A stretch of 64,000 nucleotides of DNA, from assembly GCA_035309945.1 (NCBI GenBank), contig DATGEQ010000035.1, positions 4,292-68,291 on the forward strand. The letters run 5' to 3'. Source of the DNA: Gemmatimonadales bacterium. GTDB taxonomy: Bacteria; Gemmatimonadota; Gemmatimonadetes; Gemmatimonadales; GWC2-71-9. The position numbers and the translations under genes were made by a program. The notes beneath the pieces are model-generated. The model was not told the origin of the DNA. It made no database searches and saw only the letters and a program-made list of their open reading frames with translations. Shown here in pieces: positions 46,935 through 57,613 of the stretch. Numbering within the stretch: position 1 is the stretch's first letter; the number at the start of each line of letters is the position of its first letter.

Positions 46935-47750
46935 ATGGCAAAAGCACAGCTCATTCACATTGAAGTCGACCGGCGGCTCGGTCACGAGTGGGACGAGTGG
47001 AACGGCCGGCCCCTCCCCAACGGCGGCGACTTCTCCGCGGGTCCCGGGCTCTTCTTTGCCTTTAGCGCACTGACCGTTACCGCGGCGATGGTGGCCGCCG
47101 CTCTTCTACTTTATCTGACTGGCCCGCGGCTCGCCGGATTGTGGGCAGGGATGCCGACCGTGCTATGGCTCGGGCTTGGAGGCCTCGCTGTTTTGCTCTG
47201 GGCGTATCTCGGCGCGCTGGTGGTGTCGTTCTACAGTCGCAGGAATCTGCTTCCGGAAGCCCTGCTCGAGCGCGGGCCATACTTACAGCTGATGAGTTAC
47301 GCTTCGCTCATCGCGCGGGCATTCGGCAAGCGTGATTGGGTGGAGCACGCGGCAATCGATGTCTACAACACAATGGCCGAGCGCCGCGGGCGCAAGGTCA
47401 ACAAGGGCGAGCTGCTGGTGTTGATTCCGCGCTGTCTCTCGAAGCAGGCGCTGGACGGCGTGCTCGAGATCGCGGGCCGCTACGAAGTGCCGGTGTTCGT
47501 CGCTACGCGCGGCCAGCTCGCGCGCCGCGTGATTCGGGAGCGTCGGCCCCGTGCCGTCGTCGCGGTGGCGTGCGAGCGCGACATGATGACCGGCCTGCGG
47601 GACGTTGCCGGCAAACTTCCGGTCCTGGGCCTCACCATGCAGCTGCCCAACGGTCCGTGTCGCGACGCGTCGATCGACCTGCGCCAGATGGAGAAGTGGG
47701 TGCAGGGCCTAGTGGCGGAGCAGCAGCCCGAGCAGGCCCCAGCCTCCTAA
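46935..47750 (+). CDS. DUF116-domain membrane protein
   Basis: Two TM segments, then LVLIPRCL, FVATRG..AR, AVACERDM..G, NGPCRD. Confidence 0.85.
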   Translation: MAKAQLIHIEVDRRLGHEWDEWNGRPLPNGGDFSAGPGLFFAFSALTVTAAMVAAALLLYLTGPRLAGLWAGMPTVLWLGLGGLAVLLWAYLGALVVSFYSRRNLLPEALLERGPYLQLMSYASLIARAFGKRDWVEHAAIDVYNTMAERRGRKVNKGELLVLIPRCLSKQALDGVLEIAGRYEVPVFVATRGQLARRVIRERRPRAVVAVACERDMMTGLRDVAGKLPVLGLTMQLPNGPCRDASIDLRQMEKWVQGLVAEQQPEQAPAS

Positions 47751-49043
47751 CGCGGCCCACTCCGCGAGCCGGAAGCTTCCCGGCACGGCCGGCGTCACCT
47801 TCATCACAAGGATCGCCGCACTCACCAGCGCGCCAGCCACCGCGAGCGCGACGCCCTTCTGCGCCTTGTTCCCGCGGGCCAGCGCGACGAAGGCCAGGCA
47901 TGACGCGCCCCAGCCGATCGCCGCCACGGCAGAGCCGACCTCGGTGATCGGCACGAGCAGAGCGTCGCCAAGAAAGGCCGCAGCGGCTGTCAGCACCGTG
48001 ATGAGAAGAATCGCGACCGACGGCGTCCCAAACCGCGCGTCGATCGTCCCGAGTGCCGGGTGCACGAGCCCCCGGCGCCCGAGCGCATAGAGGAGCCGTG
48101 TAGCAGCGACCAGGTTCCCGTTGAAGATCTTGAACAGCGACAGCAACGCTCCGGCCAGGATGAGGCGGGCAATCCACACCGTACCGAACGCGCGCGCGAA
48201 TGCCGCCTCCGTGCCCAGATGGTGCGTGACGAGCTCGGTCCAGGGATAGACCCAGGCGACGACCGCGATCACGAGCACGTAGAACAATCCTCCGGCGACG
48301 ACCGCGAGCGTGATGGTCCGGCCGAGCGTGCCGGCGGGGAGATCGGGGCGCGCTTCCTCGGAGGCCTTGGGGATCGATTCGAATCCGGTCATGAAGTACG
48401 GCACGATCTGGGCGACGAGCAGGACCGAGACGAACGGCCCCGATGTGGCAAAGAGCGGCTGCAAGTTGGCGGGGCTGCCGTGAGCGAACCCGAGGATCGC
48501 GAAGACCGCGAAGCAGGCGAGCAGCCCAATCGTGGTGAAGTCCTGAAACCGGCCGCTCGTGCGAATGCCGCGAAGATTGATGACGCCAATCACCGCCGTG
48601 AGGCCCAGGCCCGCGACGACGCGCGGCAATGTGATGACTTTTCCCGCAACGGCGTACAGCGGTACGGCGTTCATCGCCGGAAAAATTCTCGCGAGCAGAT
48701 TGCCGATCGCCACCGCTTCCCATGGGCACACGATCGCGTAGGCAAGTACCATCATCCAACCGGCGGCGAAGCTCGCGCTCCGGGGGAACACGCGCTCGGT
48801 GTAGGCGATCTCGGCGCCGGCGTCGGGAATGGCGCGCACGAGTCGTCCATAGGTCAGCGCGATCGGCACGAGCAATACCGCTCCGGCCAGGAAGCCGAGC
48901 ATGGCGCCGGCGGATCCGCCGCGGCCGAGCCAGTCGTCCATGATGACGAGCCAGCCCACGCCGACCATACTGCCGAAGCCGAAAGTGAAGTACTCGAGGG
49001 CGCCGAGCGTGCGGCGCAAGCTGCTAGTAGACAGTGACTCCAA
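47709..49043 (-). CDS. APC-family amino acid permease
   Basis: FGSMVGVGW, PDAGAE.AY, GFESIP..SEEA, ~12 TM segments. Confidence 0.88.
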   Translation of the reverse strand: MESLSTSSLRRTLGALEYFTFGFGSMVGVGWLVIMDDWLGRGGSAGAMLGFLAGAVLLVPIALTYGRLVRAIPDAGAEIAYTERVFPRSASFAAGWMMVLAYAIVCPWEAVAIGNLLARIFPAMNAVPLYAVAGKVITLPRVVAGLGLTAVIGVINLRGIRTSGRFQDFTTIGLLACFAVFAILGFAHGSPANLQPLFATSGPFVSVLLVAQIVPYFMTGFESIPKASEEARPDLPAGTLGRTITLAVVAGGLFYVLVIAVVAWVYPWTELVTHHLGTEAAFARAFGTVWIARLILAGALLSLFKIFNGNLVAATRLLYALGRRGLVHPALGTIDARFGTPSVAILLITVLTAAAAFLGDALLVPITEVGSAVAAIGWGASCLAFVALARGNKAQKGVALAVAGALVSAAILVMKVTPAVPGSFRLAEWAALGGWGLLGLLLRH

Positions 49044-49467
49044 GCTTGTCTTTCAACGCCGCGAGGAGCTGTATGGCGCGGAGCTGACCTGGCGAGCCTG
49101 CCGGTGACGCGCGCTCGAGGTCGCGCCGCGTGCGCGACGGGTCTTCGAACGGTACGTATACCGCCTCGATCGTTACGCGCGACTTGCCGGGTACGTCAGG
49201 ATCAGCCCACAGTCGGACGCGCTGCGTGCCCGCAAATTCGCCCGATTCGAGATAGGCGTCCCGCAGGTTGAAGAAACGCACCGGAATGGTATCGGCCCTG
49301 AGCATGTCGCGCGCTGCCTGCGTGACGTCGGCCGGTCGCGCGTTGATCACGGCGTGAAGCGCTTCGGGCATCGGCGCGAATGGCGGGCGGGTGGTAGCGG
49401 GCGTGCACGCACCAAGCACGAGCGCGCACGCCCACGCACCACGCACGACGCGCGACGCAGGCATCAA
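49024..49467 (-). CDS. Hypothetical lipoprotein
   Basis: Lipobox LGAC. Lies within the operon run. Confidence 0.6.
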   Translation of the reverse strand: MMPASRVVRGAWACALVLGACTPATTRPPFAPMPEALHAVINARPADVTQAARDMLRADTIPVRFFNLRDAYLESGEFAGTQRVRLWADPDVPGKSRVTIEAVYVPFEDPSRTRRDLERASPAGSPGQLRAIQLLAALKDKLGVTVY

Positions 49468-50039
49468 TGCGTGTGCGGCGGCGTCCCAGGCGGGTCAACG
49501 TGTGGCGCGGCCTTGGCCGTATCCGCCCCTCCGTGCCCGTGCTCTTCGTCTTCGTCATGTTCGTGGCCCGCAGCCCGCTCCGGGATCTCAGTTTGTAGTG
49601 TGCGTGTGGGAATTCCCGCCGCGTGCTCGAACATCAGCTTGCCGCCGAGTACTCCAGTCCACACAAGTCCCACGAGTCCGGCGATGCTCAACGCCCGCGT
49701 GAGCACCAGCTCTTGGGACGGCATTCGGAAACGCCGCACCATCTTCCACACGAGCACGACGGTGAAGACGCCCATCGTGAGCAACGCCATCGTCTCGTGC
49801 TTCTCCATGATCTCATGAGCCGCTTGGCCATGCTCGATTACGTCGGAGGCAAGCTCGCCGGCGACGACCGCCGCCCATCCCCCGATGACGCCGGCCCACA
49901 GCGTCCAGATGGCGGCCCACATGAGCGATTCGCGCTTCGTCACGAGCGCGCCGAGATCGAACAGCACCGCGACGGTGAGCAAGGCGGCGGGAAAATCGTT
50001 GAGGAGCGCGTGCCAGCGAGCGGCGTCGTAACCGAGCAT
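49464..50039 (-). CDS. DUF2231-like membrane protein with His/acidic C-terminal tail
   Basis: WHALLNDFPAAL, four TM segments, GGKLMFEH, tail GHEHDEDEEHGHGG. Confidence 0.75.
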   Translation of the reverse strand: MLGYDAARWHALLNDFPAALLTVAVLFDLGALVTKRESLMWAAIWTLWAGVIGGWAAVVAGELASDVIEHGQAAHEIMEKHETMALLTMGVFTVVLVWKMVRRFRMPSQELVLTRALSIAGLVGLVWTGVLGGKLMFEHAAGIPTRTLQTEIPERAAGHEHDEDEEHGHGGADTAKAAPHVDPPGTPPHTH

Positions 50040-50926
50040 TAGAGTCCCAGGTTGCAGACGATGGGTGGATTGGACGAGTAGTCGTAGAAACCCTTACCGG
50101 ATTTGCGACCGTGCATTCCCGCGAGAACCATGCGCTTGAGCAACGGCGGCGGTGCATAGCGCGCCTCGCGGTACTCCTTGAACATGATTTCCGCGATGTG
50201 GTGCGTCGTGTCGAGGCCCACGAAGTCGAGCAGCGTGAGCGGCCCCATGGGGTAGCCGCAGCCGAGCTGCATCGCCTTGTCGATGTCGGGGACGCTACCG
50301 ACGCCGCGCTCCACGGCGCGAATGGCGTCGAGCAGATACGGCACGAGCAACAGATTCACGATGAAGCCGGAGTTGTCCTTGGCGGCGATCGGCTCTTTGC
50401 CGAGTGAGGCGGCGAACGCGTAGGCGCGCTTGAACGTCTCTTCCGAGGTCGTCACCGTGCGCACGACTTCCACCAGCGCCATCAGCGGCACCGGATTGAA
50501 GAAGTGCAGCCCGACGAATCGGTCCGCCCGCTTCGTGGCGCCGGCCATCTCGGCGATCGTGAGGCTGGAGGTGTTGGAAGCGAAGATCGTGCCCTGGCCG
50601 CACAAACCGTCCAGCTCCTTGAAGAGCGCGTTCTTGAGGCCGAGGTCTTCCGTGATGGCTTCGATAACGATGTCGACCGGCCTCAAGTCGGCAACGGTTG
50701 TGGTGAACGTCAGCCGCTTGAGGGCGGCGTCACGATCGGCGGCGGGGAGCTTTCCCTTTTCGACGAACTTCGCGAGCGATTTCTCGATGCCGGCGCGGCC
50801 GCGATCCAGCACTTCCCTGGAGACGTCGCGCACGATCGTGTCGTAGCCCGATGCGGCGGCCACCTGCGCGATACCGCTCCCCATGAGCCCACATCCGAGC
50901 ACGCCCACGCGTTTGATGTCGGTCAT
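50039..50926 (-). CDS. hbd: 3-hydroxybutyryl-CoA dehydrogenase
   Basis: GCGLMGSGIA, EAITE, ASNTSSL, GLHFFNP, GYPMGPL, GRKSGKGFY. Confidence 0.92.
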   Translation of the reverse strand: MTDIKRVGVLGCGLMGSGIAQVAAASGYDTIVRDVSREVLDRGRAGIEKSLAKFVEKGKLPAADRDAALKRLTFTTTVADLRPVDIVIEAITEDLGLKNALFKELDGLCGQGTIFASNTSSLTIAEMAGATKRADRFVGLHFFNPVPLMALVEVVRTVTTSEETFKRAYAFAASLGKEPIAAKDNSGFIVNLLLVPYLLDAIRAVERGVGSVPDIDKAMQLGCGYPMGPLTLLDFVGLDTTHHIAEIMFKEYREARYAPPPLLKRMVLAGMHGRKSGKGFYDYSSNPPIVCNLGL

Positions 50927-50935
50927 AGTTCTGAA

Positions 50936-51766
50936 CTAACCGCGAGGCTTGGGGCGCGGAGTTTCCAGCGCCTTGCGCACCTCTTCGGCGATGCGCACGA
51001 ATGGATGGACGCTCGACCCAGAGGCAAGCTCACGAATCTCACTGCGCTCGAGCCGGTCGAGAACCTGCTCCAGCGAGACCTGTATGCGCTCGTTGTCGAC
51101 GCGGTGATGGCGGGTGATCGCCATCGCGACCGGCACGATGACGGCTAAGGGGATCAGACCAATGGGGCCGAAGAGTGCGGCGACGGGGGCTGTCCCCACC
51201 GCTCCGAGTGCCAGGAACGCTGCACTGCCTTCAATGCGTCGAACGCGACGGGGCCCGATGTTGGCGCTGAGGCCGACGTGGCAGAAACCGGGTTCGAGCT
51301 GCGTCACCTGTCCTGCGATTTCTTCAGCGTTGGCCAGTGCGTAGCGACGTCCCCGTTTGCCGAGCGCGCGCTGGATGCTCGCGAGCGCGCCAGCCTTTGG
51401 TTCCCAGCTCGTGCGATCGGGATAGCGACGCTTGACCTGCAGCGACTCCTCGTCCTCCATCCACCGCGTGAGCGCGCGCTCCACCGTCGCGCGCTCGCCG
51501 GGCACGACGCGTTGCGCGCTCAGCATCCGCGGTCCCGTCAACCATGCCCAGAAGCCATGACTCGTTTCGACGAGCGTCCGCGTTTGCTCTTCCAGCATTG
51601 CCTGCCGCAGGTAGCGGTCCGGAATGCCGACGTCCTTGCCGAGCGCGAGCACTTCGCTGCTCGTGAGACCTTCTCCGATGTCGCGCTCGGCGGCCTGCAG
51701 CTCGGCGGCGCGTTGGATGATGCGCTCCAGCGCGTCGCGGCTGATCAGATCCTTGCCGCCGGCCAT
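50936..51766 (-). CDS. Conserved hypothetical membrane protein
   Basis: ISRDALERIIQRAAELQ N-terminus, two C-terminal TM helices. Coupled to the SPFH gene. Confidence 0.65.
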   Translation of the reverse strand: MAGGKDLISRDALERIIQRAAELQAAERDIGEGLTSSEVLALGKDVGIPDRYLRQAMLEEQTRTLVETSHGFWAWLTGPRMLSAQRVVPGERATVERALTRWMEDEESLQVKRRYPDRTSWEPKAGALASIQRALGKRGRRYALANAEEIAGQVTQLEPGFCHVGLSANIGPRRVRRIEGSAAFLALGAVGTAPVAALFGPIGLIPLAVIVPVAMAITRHHRVDNERIQVSLEQVLDRLERSEIRELASGSSVHPFVRIAEEVRKALETPRPKPRG

Positions 51767-52593
51767 CAGGCTTTGGCCTTTCCTCTATTGCGCGCCGCGG
51801 GGATGTGCTCGCCGGACGTGGCGGCTGGGAGCGATCGATTGGCGGCCGGCGCGACCTTTTCGAGGATGCCTTTGAACAAATCGATGGGGATGGGGAAGAT
51901 CGTGGTGGAGTTGTTTTCGGACGCGATCTCGTTCACGGTCTGCAGATAGCGCAGCTGAATGGCGGCCGGCTCGGACCCGATGATGTGCGCCGCCTGCGCC
52001 AGCTTCTCCGACGCCTGCAGCTCGCCCTCGGCATTGATCACCTTGGCGCGTCGCTCGCGCTCGGCTTCGGCCTGGCGCGCCATGGCGCGCTTCATCTCCG
52101 GCGGCAAGTCGACGTCCTTCACTTCGACGGCCGACACCTCGATGCCCCAGTCCTCGGTGCGCTTGTCGATGATCTGACGCAAGATCGCGTTGATTTTGTC
52201 GCGATCGGCGAGCAACTGGTCCATTTCGGTTTCGCCGAGCACCGAGCGCAACGTCGTTTGCGCCAGCTGGCTCGTGGCGTAGAGGTAGTTCTCCACGCCC
52301 ACGACGGCCTTCTCCGGCGTCTTCACGCGCATGTACAGCACGGCGTTGACTTTGATCGAAATGTTGTCGCGCGTAATCACGTCTTGCGGCGGGATGTCGA
52401 TCGCCATCACGCGCAGCGAGACCTTTTGCATCTTGGCGAGCAACGGCGGCAGGAAGATCAGCCCGGGCCCTTTGGTCGGTCGCAAATGGCCCAGGAGGAA
52501 GTACACGCCGCGCTCGTACTCGCGCAGGACGCGGAGCCCCGCGAACAGATAGAGCGCGATGACTCCGAGCGCCGTGACGAGAATGTCGCTCAT
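51766..52593 (-). CDS. SPFH/band-7 (slipin/stomatin) protein
   Basis: [49 protein letters not shown]. Confidence 0.93.
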   Translation of the reverse strand: MSDILVTALGVIALYLFAGLRVLREYERGVYFLLGHLRPTKGPGLIFLPPLLAKMQKVSLRVMAIDIPPQDVITRDNISIKVNAVLYMRVKTPEKAVVGVENYLYATSQLAQTTLRSVLGETEMDQLLADRDKINAILRQIIDKRTEDWGIEVSAVEVKDVDLPPEMKRAMARQAEAERERRAKVINAEGELQASEKLAQAAHIIGSEPAAIQLRYLQTVNEIASENNSTTIFPIPIDLFKGILEKVAPAANRSLPAATSGEHIPAARNRGKAKA

Positions 52594-53786
52594 AATGCCT
52601 CGACGATGACGGCCGCGCCCTGCCCGCCTCCGATGCAAGCCGACCCCAGCCCGAAACGCTTCTTCTCGCGTTTGAGCGTGTGCAGTAAATGAATCGTGAT
52701 GCGCGTGCCGCTCGCCGCCAGCGGGTGCCCGATCGCGATGGCGCCGCCACAGGTGTTCGTGCGATTGCGATCGAGCCCCAGCTCCCGCTCGACGGCCAGA
52801 TACTGCGGCGCAAACGCTTCGTTCACTTCGACGAGATCCATCTGCTCGAGTTTCATCCCGGCCTTCTGCAGCGCCTTGCGGGCCGCGGGCGCGGGCCCGA
52901 TCCCCATGTACTTCGGCTCGACGCCGGCAACCGCCCAGGCCACCAACCGGCCGAGCGGCTCGAGCCCATGCGTCCTGGCATACTCATCGCTGGCCAGCAC
53001 CGTGGCCGCGCCGCCGTCGGAAATCCCGGACGCGTTGCCGGCGGTCACGAGGCCATCCTTTCTGAAATAGGGCTTCAAGGTGCTGAGGATTTCGAGCGTG
53101 GTCTCGGGCCGCATGTGCTCATCGGCGCGAAATTCGACGTCTTTCCCTTTCACTTTGATCGGCACCGGGATGACTTCATCCTGGAATGCGCAGGCATCCC
53201 ATGCCTGTTTCGCGCGCCGCTGCGATGCGACGGCCACTTCGTCCACTTCTTTGCGGGTAAGGTTGTACTTCTCGGCGAGACCTTCGGCGGTTTCGGCCAT
53301 CGAGAGGCCGCACTGCGGATCCTTCAGCGCCTCCCACAGCAGGTCTTCGAGCGGCGCGGGTCCGAGACGCAATCCCCAGCGCGCGCCACGCACGACGTGC
53401 GGCGCCTGGCTCATCGATTCGGCGCCGCCGGCGAGCACGACGTCTGTTTCATTCAGTAGAATCAGCTGCGCGCCCTGCGTGATCGCTTCGAACCCCGAGC
53501 CGCACAAGCGGTTCACGGTCACTGCGGGTGTTTCGATCGGGAGCCCGGCTTTGAGCCCGACGTGCCGGGCCATGTAGATCGCGTCGGCCGACGTTTGCAG
53601 TGCGTTGCCGAACACGGTATGACCGAAGTCGCCGGCGGGAACACCGGAGCGCTGAATGGCGTACCGGGCGGCGACCGCGCCCAAATCGATGGCCGACAAA
53701 TCCTTCAAAGAGCCACCAAACGAGCCGAACCCCGTCCGCACGCCGGACAGGAAGACGACGTCTTTGGAGGCGCCCTGGGTCTTCAT
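52590..53786 (-). CDS. Acetyl-CoA C-acyltransferase (thiolase)
   Basis: [41 protein letters not shown]. Confidence 0.95.
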   Translation of the reverse strand: MKTQGASKDVVFLSGVRTGFGSFGGSLKDLSAIDLGAVAARYAIQRSGVPAGDFGHTVFGNALQTSADAIYMARHVGLKAGLPIETPAVTVNRLCGSGFEAITQGAQLILLNETDVVLAGGAESMSQAPHVVRGARWGLRLGPAPLEDLLWEALKDPQCGLSMAETAEGLAEKYNLTRKEVDEVAVASQRRAKQAWDACAFQDEVIPVPIKVKGKDVEFRADEHMRPETTLEILSTLKPYFRKDGLVTAGNASGISDGGAATVLASDEYARTHGLEPLGRLVAWAVAGVEPKYMGIGPAPAARKALQKAGMKLEQMDLVEVNEAFAPQYLAVERELGLDRNRTNTCGGAIAIGHPLAASGTRITIHLLHTLKREKKRFGLGSACIGGGQGAAVIVEAL

Positions 53787-53828
53787 GGAATGACTCCGCT
53801 ACGAGACTCGGGGGAATATAGCGGTGCT

Positions 53829-54860
53829 TTACACCAGCGCTGAAATGCGTGCCGCGACGGCATCGGTCCCTGCGCGCCCGCCCAGATCGGGGCTGCGGAC
53901 GCCCTCCTGCAACGTCTGTTCGACCGCTCTCACCAAGTCTCGTGCCGCGTCCTGAGACCCGAGATGTTCGAACAGCAGCGCGCCCGTGAGGACCGCGGCC
54001 ATCGGATTCGCAATCTTCTTGCCCGCGATCGCCGGTGCGGACCCGTGGACCGGCTCGAAGAGTCCGACGCGTCGTCCCGGATGCAAATTGGCACTTGCCG
54101 CAACGCCCAACCCGCCGACGAGCCCGGCGCCGAGGTCGGACAGGATGTCGCCGTAGAGGTTGTTCGTAACGATGACCTGGAACCGTTCGGGCTCGCGGAC
54201 CAGCTCCATGGCGAGCGCGTCGACATAGCGATGCTCCGCGGTGATGCCTGGATACCGCGCGGCGACCGCCTTGAATTTGTCCTGCCAGATTTTGTGGGCA
54301 GCGATCGCGTTCGACTTATCGCTCATCGTGACGCGCGTCTTCCCATGCAGCTTCGCCCACTCGAATGCGGCGCGAACGATCCGCTCGACTCCAGCCGCCG
54401 TGTTCACTTCTTCGGAGATGAACTCGTCACCCGTGGCTCGGCCGCGCCCGATGTACTGCCCTTCGGTATTTTCGCGGAAGATGACAAAGTCGATCGGCTT
54501 GCCGTTCTTGAGTGGCGTCAAGTCGGGATGCAGCAGCTTCACGGGGCGAAAATTCACGTAGAGGTCGAGCCGAAATCGCAGACCGAGCAAAATGTCACGG
54601 GCGTGCTCATTGCCGGGCACTCGAGGATCGCCGAGGGCGCCGAGGAAGATCGCATCGACGTCGTCACGAAGATGTTCGAAGGCTTTAGCGGGGAGCGTCT
54701 CGCGGGTCCTGAGATAGTGATCGGCGGAATACGGGAGTCGCTGCCAAGACAGTGCGAAACCGTGCTTCGCTGCGGCTCGATCGAGGATGGGAATGGCGGC
54801 GTCAATCACCTCTGGTCCGATGCCGTCACCGGCGATCACCGCGATTCTGAATTCGGTCAT
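53829..54860 (-). CDS. Isocitrate/isopropylmalate/tartrate dehydrogenase family protein
   Basis: IAGDGIGPEV, RENTEG, NNLYGDILSD, FEPVHGSAP.IAGK..ANP. Confidence 0.9.
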   Translation of the reverse strand: MTEFRIAVIAGDGIGPEVIDAAIPILDRAAAKHGFALSWQRLPYSADHYLRTRETLPAKAFEHLRDDVDAIFLGALGDPRVPGNEHARDILLGLRFRLDLYVNFRPVKLLHPDLTPLKNGKPIDFVIFRENTEGQYIGRGRATGDEFISEEVNTAAGVERIVRAAFEWAKLHGKTRVTMSDKSNAIAAHKIWQDKFKAVAARYPGITAEHRYVDALAMELVREPERFQVIVTNNLYGDILSDLGAGLVGGLGVAASANLHPGRRVGLFEPVHGSAPAIAGKKIANPMAAVLTGALLFEHLGSQDAARDLVRAVEQTLQEGVRSPDLGGRAGTDAVAARISALV

Positions 54861-55525
54861 TCGAATCCGGTGGCGCGTCCGCAACTGAGGCAATACGCCC
54901 AGCCGACGTCCAACTCGCTGCCACAGCCGGGACATTTGAGCTCCCCTTCCTGCGGTTGACCGCAGTGGGGGCAGAACGCGGCTTTGCGGTTTGCGGGCAA
55001 GACGCCGCCGCAGTACTCACACTGGTTCGGCGCCAACGGCTCCTTGGGGCGGGAGCCGAAGGAAGATGGCGTCGGTCGAAACTGCATGGGCGGAACGAAG
55101 GGCACCGGGACGGGATTTTCCCCCGTCGTATCGACGAGCTCGTCGTCCTCTTCGGCACCGGAACGAGGAGGCGCGTAGGCGTGATCGGCTTGCAGCACGC
55201 GCTCCGCGGCGCGGCCGTTCACCATCACCTGCGCGTCCGGGAAGCTGCGAAAGTATGCCGGATCGGGGTTGATGGTCGCGATTTCGCGCTGCATCGCTTC
55301 GCGTACGTTGTCGGGCTCGAGCTGTACGTAGTTGCGCTCGCCGGCGAGCAGTCGCAGCACCGTCATCTCGTAGTCCTGATGCGTCGCGACGTTCAGGCGC
55401 GAGCGATTCGAGCGATACGGTACGAGTCGTTCGTAGAGATCGGCCGCGGGGAAGGGAACCGCGACACGAGCGTCACGCGCGAGGGCGCCGACGAGCAGGG
55501 CAAATAGGCGATCGAGCTCGTCCAT
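54857..55525 (-). CDS. Double zinc-ribbon domain protein
   Basis: C-terminal CEYC, CPHC, CPGC, CLSC. Confidence 0.75.
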   Translation of the reverse strand: MDELDRLFALLVGALARDARVAVPFPAADLYERLVPYRSNRSRLNVATHQDYEMTVLRLLAGERNYVQLEPDNVREAMQREIATINPDPAYFRSFPDAQVMVNGRAAERVLQADHAYAPPRSGAEEDDELVDTTGENPVPVPFVPPMQFRPTPSSFGSRPKEPLAPNQCEYCGGVLPANRKAAFCPHCGQPQEGELKCPGCGSELDVGWAYCLSCGRATGFE

Positions 55526-56038
55526 CTATGCGCCGTTTCTCCACGCATTGATCCACTTGTCATAGAGCACCGGTACTACGCCGCCTTGCTGGAGCACTTC
55601 GACGCCCGATGGATCGCGGTACGCCTTGCGATAGAAGACGTGCGTCACGCCGGAATTGATGATGAGCTTGGCGCACATGACGCAGGGCGACGCGCTCACG
55701 AACACGACCTTGTCGCGGACGCTGCCGGGCGCCTTGACCAGCGCGTTCATCTCGGAGTGGATACAGCCGCAGTTTCCCGGAACCGCCGAGTCACACTTGT
55801 TGGGCAAGCCACGCGCGTTGCCGTTGTAGCCGATCGCTAAGACGTTCTCGAGCAGTTGATCGGTAACGACCGTGCCGACTTGGAGCCGCACGCAGGTCGA
55901 GCGCTTGGCCAATTCCTCCGCCATGCGCATGTACACCTCGTACAGCGGTATACGGTCAACTGGTGGGACCGACACACCGCCGGTCAACAGGTTGGCGGGA
56001 TGCGTGTTCGCCGCAACGCCGTCCTTAGGCGCGCTCAT
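55526..56038 (-). CDS. dCMP deaminase / ComEB-like zinc deaminase
   Basis: AKRSTC.R.QVG, GYNG, HSEMNA, PCVMC. Confidence 0.88.
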   Translation of the reverse strand: MSAPKDGVAANTHPANLLTGGVSVPPVDRIPLYEVYMRMAEELAKRSTCVRLQVGTVVTDQLLENVLAIGYNGNARGLPNKCDSAVPGNCGCIHSEMNALVKAPGSVRDKVVFVSASPCVMCAKLIINSGVTHVFYRKAYRDPSGVEVLQQGGVVPVLYDKWINAWRNGA

Positions 56039-56603
56039 GTAACTCCTTGTCGGGATCGAAGTCCATGTACTTGCGCCGGGCCTGTTGTTGCGCGAGCCAG
56101 GTGTCGAAGCCGGACGGAATGAGGCCATTGGTGCGCTCCTGCTGCTCCGCCGCCCGAATCGCGAGGATGTTGGCGTATTCGTTCTTGACGTGCTCGTTGT
56201 GCCCGCGTACCCACCGCCAATCGAGAGTATGCGCAGCCGCAACCTGCACCAGCTTTTGCCACAGCTCGGTGTTCTCGAGCGCGCCGGTCTTCCGGCGCCA
56301 GCCGCGCGCTTGCCAGCTTTGCACCCACTCGGTCATGCCCTTGATCAGATACTCCGAATCGGAGACAAACCGTACGTGCGCGTGTCCCCATTGGCGCCGC
56401 ACCCACTCGAGCGCCGCGATGGCGCCGGCAAGCGCCATCTTGTTGTTCGTGGTCTGGGGCGAGCATTCGTAGAAGTCCCAGCGCGCCACGCTGTCCCCCG
56501 CCGGCGCCTCGATCAGCGCCGCATTGCCGCCACGACTGGGCTTGGTCGAATCGTTGCCGAGGCAGCTCTCGTCGGCGTGCACCAGCACAAACCGGCCCGT
56601 CAC
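56025..56603 (-). CDS. rnhA: Ribonuclease HI
   Basis: ADESCLGN, TTNNKMAL, SDSEYL.KG, NTELWQ, WVRGHN.H..NE.A. GTG start at 56603. Confidence 0.9.
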   Translation of the reverse strand: MTGRFVLVHADESCLGNDSTKPSRGGNAALIEAPAGDSVARWDFYECSPQTTNNKMALAGAIAALEWVRRQWGHAHVRFVSDSEYLIKGMTEWVQSWQARGWRRKTGALENTELWQKLVQVAAAHTLDWRWVRGHNEHVKNEYANILAIRAAEQQERTNGLIPSGFDTWLAQQQARRKYMDFDPDKELHERA

Positions 56604-57346
56604 GGTTGAATCACCACCGGAATGTCGGTGTGCAGCAGAATCTCCTCCGCGTGTGAAACCGTCACGTTGTTGCGGCCGACGTGCGCGCCGACGAACAGCG
56701 CGTCGCACTGCGTCTGCTGGATAACCCGCGCCACCGCCTCTCCGGGTGCGCCGTGCTCGAGGTGCGTCACGAACGACACGCCTTGCAGCGATAACACCGC
56801 CTCGGCCTCCCCGACCACCATCGTGCCCATCGCCGGGTCGATCGTCGCATGAATCACGTGCACCGTGCTGTCAGTGACGCTCGCGAACCGCGCCACCAGC
56901 TCCAGGGCGCGTTGCGCCGTTTCGCGGCCGTCGTAGGCGATGGCGCACGCCTTCATCGGCGATGGCTTGCTCGCGCAGACGATGACGGCGCGTTCAGCGA
57001 TCCGGATCAACGAGCTGACGGTCTTTCCCAGCACGTCGCTGCTCGAGGACCGGCCGCGCCGGCCGACGAGTACGGTATCGACGTCGCGCGCCAGCGCCGC
57101 GAGCTCACCGTCGGGACTTCCATGCCGCAGCACCGTCTCGACCTTCAGGCCGGCGTCTGTGACTCGCTCCTCAGCGCGCTGCAGCAGGACTCCGGAGTCC
57201 GAGGCGCGGCGGCTGAGCGCGAGCGTTTCCTTTATATGCGCGACGATCACTCTGGCCTTGAAGCGGAGCGCGAGCTGCACGGCTTGCTCCAGCGCTTCGT
57301 CGGCATTGGGACTGCCGTCCAAACCTACGAGCAGACTGGTGAACAC
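56600..57346 (-). CDS. Universal stress protein (tandem USP domains)
   Basis: LLVGLDGS, LVGRRG...LGKTV, IAYDGRETA, SHAEEIL..TDIPV. Confidence 0.9.
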   Translation of the reverse strand: MFTSLLVGLDGSPNADEALEQAVQLALRFKARVIVAHIKETLALSRRASDSGVLLQRAEERVTDAGLKVETVLRHGSPDGELAALARDVDTVLVGRRGRSSSSDVLGKTVSSLIRIAERAVIVCASKPSPMKACAIAYDGRETAQRALELVARFASVTDSTVHVIHATIDPAMGTMVVGEAEAVLSLQGVSFVTHLEHGAPGEAVARVIQQTQCDALFVGAHVGRNNVTVSHAEEILLHTDIPVVIQP

Positions 57347-57364
57347 GGCCGGATATGGTGCCGC

Positions 57365-57607
57365 TCAGGGCAGCACCGCGAAGCTCTCCAGATCGCGTAG
57401 CCGGAACGTGAGCGACTCGCCGGTCATCGGCAGCCGTCCCGCGAGGACATCGTCACGTCCCATGGTTTCGAGGCGCTCGGCCACCACGACATATTCGGTC
57501 CCGCGGCGCCGCAGCGCTACCCGCCGATGTTCGCGCACCGCGCGCTCCAGCGCATCAAGCGCGTCGGGCGTGAGCGAACGATACTCCGGGATCTTGGGCG
57601 CAGTCAT
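57365..57607 (-). CDS. Small hypothetical protein
   Basis: 80-aa ORF in the operon run, coding-like. Confidence 0.6.
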   Translation of the reverse strand: MTAPKIPEYRSLTPDALDALERAVREHRRVALRRRGTEYVVVAERLETMGRDDVLAGRLPMTGESLTFRLRDLESFAVLP

Positions 57608-57613
57608 GCGGAT

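Noticed and set aside
53829-54860. Assigning leuB
   Set aside because: No leuA/leuCD nearby, and family members with other substrates share these motifs.
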